From contig OZ316892.1 in assembly GCA_973895155.1 (NCBI GenBank), positions 4,033,223-4,097,222 of the forward strand: 64,000 bases of DNA, in the 5' to 3' direction. The translations under genes and the position numbers were made by a program. The notes beneath the pieces are model-generated. The model made no database searches. It was not told the origin of the DNA and saw nothing but the letters and a program-made list of their open reading frames with translations. Of this stretch, positions 11,041 to 23,302 are shown one piece after another (the first letter of the stretch is position 1; each line of letters opens with the position of its first letter). The DNA is from Marsupella aquatica (Eukaryota; Plantae; Marchantiophyta).

Positions 11041-14000
11041 TCAAGGGATGCAAGATCCCAATGAAACCCTAGCTGCTAGAAGATCAGAGACCGTGTGAGT
11101 GTAACAGTCCGGTAGGATATCATTGTCCGGGCTCTGTAAAGTCTCCAAATCTGTCGCTCCTACAATCATGAAAAGAATGTTTTTAGCGCAGCTTGTCAAA
11201 ATTCAAAGAGGCGCCTCTCTAAATAATTGACAGTTCAGAAGTTCTGAAGACTTGCATGCGTCAACTGAGGGTGGAGGAAAAGAGTAACAGAGATTTCATT
11301 AAGAAATTAATTATGCCATATCGGTTTGAAGCGGATAAGCAAACTTGAAAGTTTGAACTGTCGAGAGTAAGTTTTCAGGGTTGTGCTATCTAACCTACCC
11401 ACGTTTTAACTGAGTGGGAGCATCAATAAGCTACAAAGAAACCAACTATTCACTTTCATGACTTACCAGACAAAACAAGTAAAGTTCTGCATCCACCATT
11501 ATGGCCAAAGAGAATGTCTGTGTCAAGCTTGTCTCCCACCATGCAAATCTGTGACCTAGAGATCTTGAATCTGTTGCGTTCAGAAAATCGTCCTTCGTTA
11601 GACGACGGTCAAGTGCAGACCGACGATCCTAATCGACCCAGCGTTGTAGGTCACTGTAAAGTCTAAACAGTCGCGAGGGTTTCTTAATTGAAAGCGACTG
11701 CAACTTGGTTTTCTCAGTACTTTTAAACTGAAAAAAATTGGAAACTTTCCAGACACCAGATAAGAAATTGACGAGAGAAATCTAGAAGAGCTCATATGCC
11801 AGTCACATTGCTTGCGTACAAATGCAGACTTACTTCTCTGCAAGATAATCCATCATGAACGTTGAAGGTTTTCCAGCTACAAAAGGCTCTTTATTAGTTG
11901 CACCCTTTATGGCACCAACGATGGCCCCCTCTCCTGCCCAATCTTGAGCTTCGTTAAGGTGAACTATATCATCACAGTTGGAGGCAATGAACAGGCAGCC
12001 AGGATTTTCCCGTAAGCACAGTGTTGCATATCTGCCACACACAACAGACTAAATTAGGGAGGCAACTTTTCACAACAGAACAATAAAATAACACTTGAGA
12101 TTTATGAAAACCCATCTCGCGCATATTTTACATCTTGTTCAGTATGACTGATGCAACCAAAAAACCAACGCAGGTTGATGCTGTCACTTACTGGATTTTG
12201 TAGTAGTTTACATGTCTGTCGAATCCAACGAGAACAGCACCCACCTGCCCAACCAGAGTTAGATAAGACCCAGACAGTTATGAGATACTTCCAAAACCAC
12301 AATTCATTTCCAAATTACAGGAGCTTAATGTGCACGAGAGTCTGCAAAGAAAAATAACGAGATACAAAAAGCCCAACTACATCAGCGTTGACAATTTCAA
12401 TATATGAGTTTAAATTTCAAGAAGAATGGGAGGAGCAAACACAGAAGTGGGTCATTTACATCACGGTCATGCTCCATCATCGTCCCTGGTCGTGCATCAA
12501 TCTTCTTGTCATCGTCGTCCTATCATCATAAGACAGCCAAAGTGCCAGCATTTCACGAAAAGATCGAATGGGAAAGGGCTCCAAACAAACTATCATTTTG
12601 GTGGTCACCAGCAGATATCAATGACATGCTTTGTCAAAAGCTCGACTAAGTAATACATCGGAATAAAACATGAGTGAGGTGAAGGTACAAACTGGACCAC
12701 CGAGCCATTGGAACCCAGCTTGCTCAAGTTCCATCTGAACCCCGGCTTCACTTATAACATACACCTATTGAGTCATCAAGTGCTTAGTCAAGAGAGTGGA
12801 AATATACAATCGCACTGCTAACACCACCTGTAATCCAAAGACAGCATCTCAAAGTCTGACAAGGGCATTTTTCAACTGCAGACAGTGATCGCATATTATC
12901 GGTGGCTATTTTTTCATATAGCACGCAAAGGTTACTGAATTTACCAGGAGATCTAAAAACGGACATTCAGCAGAGCTTGCATGGAGTAAAGACGAAGTTA
13001 CAGACCTTTTTGTTTGCAGGGTAGTTTATTGACTTCAAATATTCAACGGCAGCAAAACCAGAAGAAAATACTTCTTCCTGTATGAAATAGTAACATCACG
13101 TGAATGACCCTTCACTCAACAAATGAGATAACTCTATGCAGTTCCATGGCAAGAGCCTGATGAGAACAATTTTAGGATATTTAATATCGAGAGCATCAAG
13201 TTCCCTTCAGAAGACACTAAAACTGAATTCCATGAACCATCACTTCAGTGGCAAGAGGTGCTGATATTCCCAGAATATCCAGAAAAATGGATGCCCAGTA
13301 CAAATACCACATAAGTTTCTCATCGGTGAAACACGAAAACGCTGACAAGTACCTCTCTAACATTCAGGCCCAGAGATTCGCACTTCTTGCCATATTGCTT
13401 CCTCGACTTTGTGGAATTGTTGGTGAGGAAAAATATCCGTTTTCCCTGTTGCACTCCCCAAATTTCTGAATTAAAATAAAATAATATGAAGGTTTGAGCA
13501 TAGACAACTGATGCTTACATCTCAAATGTTACTTTCTGCCGGACACTTGCCTGAAGCTTTCACTAGGCACGACAACATCATTCGGAAGTGAGGATGAACT
13601 ATTAAGGACCAACACATAACTGGTATTTTCTACTTAGATACCTTGAGCATGATCACTGATATATATCGAGAGTACGTTTGGGAAACTGACCAAGGCACGG
13701 AGCAGGTCTATAGTTTCCCCAACCTTGTCCATGAGTTTGTTGCCCTCCCAAATGACACCTGCGACATTCCAGCGGTTTATTTGAGCAAAAAAGTTTGAGT
13801 ACAGTAAACTATCACATGGTAAGCAGGTGCACATAGGATGTTGAAGTAGCATCGTAGATATCAATCCTTCGAAGATGGACGGAATCACAACAAGCGAAGG
13901 AACTGGATCCGGGAAGGTGGACGTCTATCTCAGTATCCAGAAAAAAAGTATCACGAGGAATTGAAGCGAATGGAATCGAATCGAGTCTAGATATTAGAAT

Positions 14001-14821
14001 CCTAATCGTTTTTTTCAGCAGGAACTACATCAATTGATGCCAAGCTGACCAGCTAGTGGACCAGAATTCAAGACACATCAGCTCGAGTCTACAGATCTCC
14101 ATCTAAAGCTCCAACTAAATAAAAATGGGAGGTCAAAATACTGAATCACCATCACAGTCGAAGACAAAGGTCTCGACGCTCGTTATTAGTTGCGCAGGGT
14201 CTGTCAAGAATGGTGTACGCTGCAGCTTTCCTGAACAGAGTGCGATTTTTAAATTCAGGCCTCCTTTCAATGTTTTGCTTCCCAATGTCATCAACATCTT
14301 CATTTTCCTGTAGCACTGATATTACGGGCATGTCCTTGCTACCTGATTCCACATGATCCAAAGGCATACTTATCTGCTGATCCAAGTGGGCAAAAGAGAG
14401 CCGGTTCCTAACAGTAAGAAAAAAATCAACATGGTATTTGGCATCATCCTATTGAACTTTACTTCAGCTTTACACGGAAACGATATATCAGAACGAACTT
14501 TTTTACGACCTTACGATGCTTCGAGGAAAAACATGAAAAGGTAACAGAAACGGTGGCTATGAATGGCAGAAGTTGTATACCTGGAATCATTGTGCTACTG
14601 CTGGGAGTTTTGTCGGACGCCATCCTCTCATACGCAGAAGGGGGAGAGCGCTCTTGTTGAATTTGAGGAGTTGATCTTGTAGCTCGAACAAATGCAAATC
14701 TGGAAATCCGATTCAATGATAGAAAATTCGGGCGTGGACGGGCCCCTCGGAAAGCAGGAGTCTCTCTGGTGACCCTTCTTAGAGCTGCCGGGCACAAGGC
14801 AAGCATTCTCAGTGCCAGCAT
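11041..14821 (-). CDS. PGLP: Phosphoglycolate phosphatase-like HAD class IIA hydrolase with N-terminal transit-peptide-like extension, 11 exons
   Basis: Exons ~14581-14821, 14150-14230, 13691-13758, 13353-13445, 13006-13077, ~12693-12764, ~12460-12519, ~12192-12244, ~11834-12031, ~11466-11570, 11041-11159. They give [56 protein letters not shown]; TGA at 11041-11043. Confidence 0.88.
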
Positions 14822-15649
14822 TTTACTCTGACTGGAATCTCTCGCTGATGAACGCCCCTAGTAACAGAAGTCAGCTAGAGTGCTCCGGAGCCTGCACGAA
14901 AGAACGGATAACTACCCCACACTTCAGTATCCTTTTTGAAGTAAACTTGTTAAGACAGCACATGAGCAAGGCGGAGATTCCCGAGCTATAGAAGGATAGT
15001 ATATACAAGCATCACAAAGGAAAATCAAATCTTCTATTTCAACAATCGACACATAACTTTCAAGCGAGGGAGACATAGAAGGACAAGCAGATTCTGAGGC
15101 CAAAGTGACGAAGAAAGATTTATGAACAGATTTTGAATGAATGAATGAACATGTTCCAAGAATTAAGAAAACAACGACCAGGTGAACTAATCGAAGCTAT
15201 GGGAAATCACTCACCGCAGTCAGAACAAAACTATGCGAGACAAACATAATGATTGCGGCAATTTTAGATGTCCTCTGTCACAAAGAAGTGAATGATAAAT
15301 TTATCCAGTTTTCATTTTTCTCAGACACCGTTTGGATCCAATTCAAATTCCAAGCAGATGAACAATCGATGAATTAATCGACTTCACGGTCCACCGAGCT
15401 AAAATTCCAATCCGGAAGGCCACAGGTTTCAAACTCGGACTCACCGTGGAGGTGCTACTTCCTCTCCTCCACCATCGCCGTGCCTGTTTTGCAAATTGCC
15501 GTCCAATGCTCCTCCACTAGTGTGCGAATTCCTCTTTGATCCATTCTTGCTGAGTTTTAAATTCGGCAGTCTATTGCGTAATCTGGGCCGTTCTTTCAGG
15601 AGAATCTAGGGTCAGTATTTTCGCTAAATCTGAAGCCCAGAGGGTCCGA

Positions 15650-17000
15650 GCTTGTGAACCATACAATGGAATTGGACTGCAATTTCCATGGACAGTGACA
15701 ACCCTTACACTGTCACTCACTCACACTCTTTCCACAGCTCCTACATTTTTTTGTAGCAAACTTAGACCCTTCAATTTCTCCATTGCTCTGGTCGGGAGTG
15801 GAATGGGCTGTGATAGGGTTGTTAGAAACTTGACTACCATCTTCTCCCAAACATAACTCCATGGCCTTGTATTCGAATGGTGGGCCATGGGGTGCTCTAT
15901 TCCAATAGTGTGCCCAGGGTGTTGTATGCAAGTTTTGATTACGTGTTTCATTGTTTGTACTTGCAGGAAGTTGTGTTCAAAATTGTGCATTATGTTTGAA
16001 TATTGGCTTGTGTTAGACCACTGACATTGTCATATGATTCATGATTTTTTTTTTACTTTTTGTGCTGAGTGTAGAACAGTGTAAGGTCAAAACTCAAACA
16101 CACCGTCAAACTTGAACACAACATCAATATTCAAACACAACACCCGAGCATTGTGTTAAAAAGGCGTTATGTTTTAGTTCAAATGTGTAAGAGGACCCAA
16201 CAATTTCCATTTTCAAGCACAAAGCCATGGAGCTCTGTTTGGGGGAAGACTGTAGTCTTAGATTGCCAACTTTCATTATGATTTGAGAGAGCTATGAATT
16301 TTCAAGATTACCCCACCACTAGCTCATTGTATGCTCTTCCCGCTTTTGAAATTTTTATTTGCCAACTTTGCATTCAATGTCTCCCATGATAATCAAAGTT
16401 ATTTTTGGATTTGTTAGAAATTACATGGAAAGATGTTTCCAACCAGTCTAACATGGCTAACTTTGATTAAGAATTGAGAGAGCTACAAATTTTCGAAGAA
16501 GACCATCTTGTTTTTTTGTCACATTTCATTTGAAAGAGCATCATTTTCCAGAAATTCATTGTCAATGTGATAGAAATTCATTTTCCAGAAATTTATTGTC
16601 ACTGTAATAGAAGTGTAGCTTACACACTCCTCTAGCACATACTCAAAACTGAAAAATATATTCCAAGGAAAACTGAAAAAAATATGAATTTAGTAACATC
16701 AAGTTATTACACTTAAAACTCAAATTTTGGGACATGTGGTCCATGGGGGTTTCAAAAGACCAGCATTGTGGTCAATGGGAGCATCATTTTCCAGAAATTC
16801 ATTGTCCAGAAATTCATTGTCAGTGTGATGGAAGCGTACCTTAAGCACTCCTCTAGCACATCCTCAAAACTAAAAAATATTTGAATTTAGTAACACCAAG
16901 TTATTACACTTAAACTCAAATTCTGGGACATGTGGTCCATGGGGGTTTCAAACGACCAGCGTTGTGGTCCATGGGAGCATCATTTCCTTCTGGGATAGGA
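15650..17000. mobile_element. Non-coding TE/MITE-like remnant with an internal inverted repeat and a ~197-bp tandem duplication
   Basis: 15831-15877 is an imperfect reverse complement of ~16212-16257. The block ...GTTATTACACTTAAA..CTCAAATT.TGGGACATGTGGTCCATGGGGGTTTCAAA is duplicated at ~16700 and ~16900. The region is AT-rich with no ORF. Confidence 0.55.
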
Positions 17001-17545
17001 TAGTACAAAACCTGTTTACTGAAAAGGCCGAACAAAACTGTAAAACGCAAACACGAAACGTACACAATCATCGGTCTCGTGTTTCTGTCAAAATCTCGAT
17101 GATTCGAATGAATTTGAGGCAGCTGTTGTGGAAATTGAGATTCGGCACCCAGCGAGAAATGTAGAGCTCGGATCCGTCCGTCATGATCTTCTTTCTCGCT
17201 CGAGAACGGCGATGAAGATTTGCAAAACGGGAATTCACTTGCATCTTGGAATGAGAAAACCAATGTACCAAAGCAATCATTCGCGACACACCTAAACACG
17301 TAATCAATCGTGCGTTACGGCAATGAGCAATGAGTTTGGAAATGTAAGCTTACAGAGGTTGAGATAGTTGAAGCAGCAATACGGACGGCAATGAGAGAAG
17401 TGTCTTGTAGAGATGCAGGACGAAAAAGATTCAAGAGCCGTGCAAACAGGAGGAGGACGAGGTCTCAGGCAGGCGATTGAAATTGAAGTGGAGAGAAGAG
17501 AGTAGAAGCAGTAGAAGAAGTGGCGGCAGCAGCGGCAGTGAGGAG

Positions 17546-19240
17546 ATGACAATGGATATGAGACAAGTGGCACTGGGAGCGGTCTTTGGAGCGGCTGTGG
17601 CTGTCAACGCAACCCTGCAATCGCTGCAAGAGTCAGAGAGCTTCCTCATCCAGGGCCCATCTTCAGACAGCTCCAACTGTTCGCTTCCGCCTCCTCTCCT
17701 CCATGGTTCTGTGACGCCGCGCCCTCACAAGCGTGCCTTCATTAACTCCGACTCCGCCACAGAGATCCAGAACGAGCAAGCTTGCTTTTTCAGAGCTTTC
17801 TTGAACGACGAGGAAATTGATGATGGTGGCGCATTCCAAACTAGCGAGTCGGAAGAGCGGCTCCTTGCACCTTTCTGTTCTGCCACTACTCCCAGCAGTG
17901 ATACCTCTGCAATTGTCTTCCAAGAGGATCTCTCAGGTAAGAAAGAACACTCGGAAACTTCTCCACTGAGAATTCTGTGGTAAGCTTGGCTGGTGAAGTC
18001 GTTGTTCAGTGATTTACGGGGAATGCTGTCGCGTCGCTATCCTCTTTACCCGAAGAATAAATTGTTTGCGTAGTCCTTAGGTCTGATGGGAGTATAGGGC
18101 CGACAGACAGACGGATAGACAGAGGCAGACAAAGCTCGTAGCTAAATAGGCGGCAATCCAATTGCAAATAGGGTTTGGATTTTAATGACGAGGAAGTTTT
18201 TCATTGAAAACCAAGAACTTGCTTTCCAGCAGTAGAATTGCGGCTCAAAGCCACAAGGCTGTGGAACAACTCGTGAAGGAGATGCTGAGCTTGTTTCTAC
18301 TCTTGAATTTAATATAAAAACTTCAGGTCCTCGTGTCGGAAACATGACATGGAAGAAGTACACGGCTGTGGAGGAATCCACCGTCTCGTGGGCTGCTGTA
18401 GTTCACGACAGCCTGTGCCGCTGAAAGATTTCATGAAAGGATTCCTGGCAGTACATTTTGGGGGGTTCAATGATAGCATTCTACACTAATTTTTCTGTAT
18501 TTTAGAATGAGTGACTGATTCCTCAGTGTGACGCTCTCCCTCAAAGAAGAGCTTATCATTTTGCCCGGAAGTGCATTGTAGAGACTATTCTTGTCATTCA
18601 AACAGTCGGGCACCAAGAGGGATGCTTATTCACTAGTGATTTTCAATAGTTCTGCCCTTGGATGTTGACTTTGTTCTGTCTAGGGGGTCATTGGAGATGT
18701 CTCATTTTGCACACCCTCTCTTTTGCAGGTTTGGAAAGTGACAGTTTGGAAGCGCATCAACGGCCTCGAAAACTACAAGTGAAGAGGAAGAGCATGGAGC
18801 CTTCTGTCAAAGGTAAAAATAAAGCTGAGTGCTACATGAAGAGCAACGATGAAGAGGATTCCAGCACTGAAGACGGTGACGTGGAATGGGACAATACGAA
18901 CTCTTTGAACATCCAGCCATCAACAAGAAGAGTCCAACGGTCAATGTTCATACCACTGCTGCCTCAAATGGCGCAATCAGAGGAGGCGATGTCAGCGATG
19001 CTGCAACATACCACTAACACTGTTTTGGACACTTTGAGTGAAGCCAAGCAGCGGAGAGATCAAATGCTTGAGAATATGAAGAGAGCCAAGCTCCCTGAGG
19101 AGAAAACAACGTTTAACCTTATGAATCGCTTCATAGATGCATTGATAAATGTTAGTGACAGTCTCCAATTAGTCCACTCCGCCCTTTTTCCTAGTACTGA
19201 TGGCCGGCAAAGTAGGTCCCACACCAGTTTCGGGAGATAA
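17546..19240 (+). CDS. Uncharacterised 2-exon protein (~300 aa), acidic/low-complexity middle and helical C-terminus
   Basis: Exon 17546-17936 (CAG|GTAAG) and exon 18729-19240 (TTTTGCAG|GT) join in phase 1 to give 903 nt with no stop. No family recognised. Confidence 0.65.
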
Positions 19241-22200
19241 CTCTCACAGCAACCGACGAAGGCCCTTACATTGTCAATTCACATCGCCGGCAAGTGAGCA
19301 GCTCTGTTCTTTTGCTTCTCTTATGGGATCCCAATGATGTTGTGATTTGTAACGGTGAAATGGAGATACTGGAAATGTGTTTGTGAGTCTTTCTGCCCTT
19401 GCTCTAGTCTCCAATATAATTTTGTAGATCTGACACACTGAGTAAATTTGGAAAGCTGAAGGCTTTCTGACCATCAACCACTGTATATAGAAGACAGGGT
19501 CTAGTGGCTGGTCATGACAGAGTATATTAGGACGGTCCATCTTACAAGGAAAATAAAATTGGACTACCCAAGCATCAGGGAGATTACAGGAGGTGTGAAA
19601 TTGTTTTGGGTCCTCTCCAACAATGGTTTTCCGTTTTGACTGGTGACAAAGAGCTCCTTGGATCAAACTTGCTAAGGCGGGGTTTCCCTTCGCCTTCAAA
19701 GAAAATCCTCGTTCGATACATTGATGTTCGTGTTGGCATAGGGGCTCTTGGCTTCCCAGGGAAATGTTTCCTTCTTGTACCTGATGTTGCAAATGTTATC
19801 GTTACCCAGGCATGCTAGGGTCTAAGTCATTTGTGAAATGTTTCCGGAGATGATCAACGGTTCAATTCACAAGTTGCATTGTGATTCCCATTGGAAGCTT
19901 TGAGTTTTATAGTAGCGAATGCAGTTGGGGCCCAGGGCTGCCATCATAAACACCTACTCATTCGTCGTGACTCGCCTTGAAGAGGATATCCTCGGACCTT
20001 ACAAACCATCCAAGGTTGGCCGTATGAGATGAATGTTCACCCTCTCGATGGCAATCCTGGTGCTCCTAGAGCAAAGCCCTGCGGTGCCACACACAGTGAT
20101 TGATGGTAACTTGTCTAAATGACGGCTCATGTCGAGAGCGATCACACTCTCAATTTTACGCCGGGAATTGAGCTGCAACCTGCTCAAAGCACTGCTTGAG
20201 AGATTCAGCTTGACACTATCTAAACGACGAGGATGTGCATCGGGAAGGGAAATCAATGGTGGACTGCTGCCTCAGATGATTGAAACGAAGACAAGTGTTA
20301 GTTCTTTCCGTGCTAACATAGGACTCAAGCTTAGGACAGAAAAACTCTATGTCAAGACTCTGGCCTGGGAGTTGCTTGACTGCCGTCAATTGTTGGAAGT
20401 GCATGAGAATTGAAGGATGGGCGATGAGGATATGATTGGGCTTGCTAGATATCAAAGCAAGCAATCGAAGGAAGTTCTGATGTTTTTTGAACAAGTTCAT
20501 CTGAATCAATGACATGTCATGGTGCTCTTCTAGTGAGGTTTTTTGCTCAACATATGTGCTAATAGGTCTCTAGTATTGTAGAATCTGGTCGTAGAACCGC
20601 GAATGAAAAGCAACAAGCCCCGAAACTAAACACTGGTTCAGCCACCACTGGTTCTGGCGCTGGTGCATTTGGCAGACCGTCTAAACCGATTGGAATACGG
20701 AGAAGCCGCATAGCTTTTGAGAAAAGCCATTGCCGATGTTTCGAACATGGCGCCATTCTTCTCCTGAGGTCAGAATCAAAGATTGAGCTCGTTGTGGTTT
20801 GATGCTGCATTTTGCGTTCGCATCTCCAATTTGTCCCGGCGGCTTTCTTCCACAAGATCGTCGTGTATCCCAAAGATGTGTATCAGCGCTTGATATATGG
20901 CATTATCTAGATCGTCCGACGTTGCACAGCTTCGTTCTTCCATAGTCGCTGGTGCTCTACACTGTGGGTTTACTCGATGGAAGGGACTCATAATCCAGCT
21001 TTTTCCACCCGTCCGATAGCTTATGTAGGGTTGAAGCGACCTCCATCGTGACCTGGAGCCATTTTATTAGACGTTTCTTTGCTGCGCGGTATTTGAATCG
21101 TTCACCATCGCCTGGCCTTCACCACTCCAGAGGTAGATCGTCTTCGAAAAAAATCCTGAGCTGCTCATAGTATACAGCTCTCATAATTTAGTATGAACGG
21201 ACGCCATGGAGTGTTAGTTGTATGGATGTATTGTGCGGTAAATTTGGTGATCATTTCGGGATACTGCATTTTTGCTATGCAGCCAGAATCTTCCTCTATT
21301 AGTCTTCCAAAATTGTGGAATACCGCCAGTATCTGAGTCGTCACAGCAACGCTTTGCCACTTGCTTTGGGATTGAAAGCCCTGCCATGTGCTTTCTGTGT
21401 TCATCCCATTGGAGCCAAAATTGTGGGATTGAAGCAATTGCATATCTGGCCACAGCTTTACTTCTCCTCGTCGTTTGAGCTTGAATGCCCCGTATATTGC
21501 CTTCAACGATCGCCACGTACGGAGTACGAACCATGTTTCAGAGTGTGTGCTGTCTATCAGTTCACCTAATGAGCAAAAGAAGTTCACACCGGTTGAGAAG
21601 TCGATGGTGAATAAAAGCTCCAATCAGTAAATACATGAGAGGTCAGCGCGAGGTTTCGACAACAGAGCTCTTCAGCAGAAAGTAGAAACTGTGATTTGAA
21701 GACCGGGAGTGATCCGAATATACATTGCAACGCGATGCTTCCAACGAAAGCAGAAGAGAAGACATGATTCGATAGACAAAATTAGTGATGACGGGGAAGT
21801 AGGGGTAGCCCGAAGAGGTGGGCGGTAAATGGCATGGTGATGTTTCCATGGGAAGGGGGAACAAGAAGTAATGGGAAGGACGAAGACCGCAAAATAGTGT
21901 TCAAACGGAGGCAATTGAAAGGTAGAAACGAAAACCCTGAGTGGCGATAATGAAGGTAAGAAATACAGTGAGCACAGAGAGATCGGTACTTACAAATCTG
22001 TGTTTTACAAAATTCGCCGGACCTTCTACAAAATTTTCCTAACCTTCGGCTCGCTATGATGCATTATTACTCAAAACAGTATACGGCCTACCATCCCATG
22101 ACATTTTACGTATTCTCTAGATTCACACTTCCCTGTAGAATTCTGTTGGACTAGACCACATCAACCTCTAATCGTCTGCAGGCACTAATTACGAAAATCG

Positions 22201-23302
22201 TTGACGATGGTCTAACCTGTGGGATTGAGTCACATCTCATCCTTGCGACGATGGTCCAAGCTGTGGTATCCATTCGCATCGCACCTTGCGACCGCTAATC
22301 GTGTTTTCTCGCCATGGAACACCATTGTCTTGGGTATCGACGATGGCCAAACTGTAATTCTATCGGATGCAATATTCTCATGCGATTAAGCTATTGAACT
22401 TTTCAGTGGCTTTAATGGATAACTGCGATCCATATATCAAACCTATTTTTGTGCATGAGTTTTCGTTGCCGTTAGTGCGTTGTGCATGAAAGCAGGATAC
22501 TGAGGATTCTGTATGTCTGTTGTCAGTTAAAAACTGTGGCTCGTAGAGACAATAAAAAAAAGACTCGAAGTGAAGAATCGTGAGGTCTGCCAGACACCCT
22601 CGTCAATCATTACAAGCTTAACATCTCTTAAATCTGGTGTCCGAATCGAACGTTTTCAGGTCGATGTCTCTCTCCGACGGTGTCTTTAATATGACCTTTA
22701 TCATTCGATGCCTCTGCTTGGAAGTGAACTTCGTAATCAATTTGGCTACCTCTTCTGAAAGAAATGCACATCAATGTTGGATTCCTCTTCTTCAAAATCC
22801 ACACCATCAATCGAAGTCTCTGCTGCGAAATGGATTGCGTCTTCGTCGAAGAAGCCTCTCTTTTCCATTTGTCGAATAACCTCGCCGGTCCAGAAAACTT
22901 GAACCGTGCTACTGGAACAAGATTCCCCCTCATGACCTGTAAACTTGCGCAATTCTTGATGATACGAGCCCTTCCGGACAATATGAGCACCAGTCGAAAA
23001 GGATCTTCTCCGCTTGAAGATGGATCGCAATACTTAATAGGACGAGAAGGGCCACCTATCCATCTCTGAGCTGGAAGTATCCCATAAAACTCACAGATTC
23101 GACTTTTAGCATAGGTAGATATGTTACGTAACACATCATAGAGCTGTCAGTGTCTCACAAAAGTGGCAGCCTGCACAAGATACAGAGTACTACCGTACCT
23201 GTGAAATGTGAGTGGTATAAGTTTCTGATTTGAGAGTGATCTTCTTGAGCGCTCAGAAAAGACCATCGTACTTACGTTTGGAAGCTCTTCATCGTCGGAG
23301 AG

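Noticed and set aside
19800-21650. Possible decayed gene (weak NB-ARC-like phrase EGKSMV...LKRRQVLVL on the + strand near 20240-20300)
   Set aside because: No P-loop or LDD motif, and many stops; too weak to call without a translated search.
22628-23134. 168-aa minus-strand ORF just downstream of the MFS gene
   Set aside because: No domain signature or confident splice structure; likely 3' UTR or intergenic.
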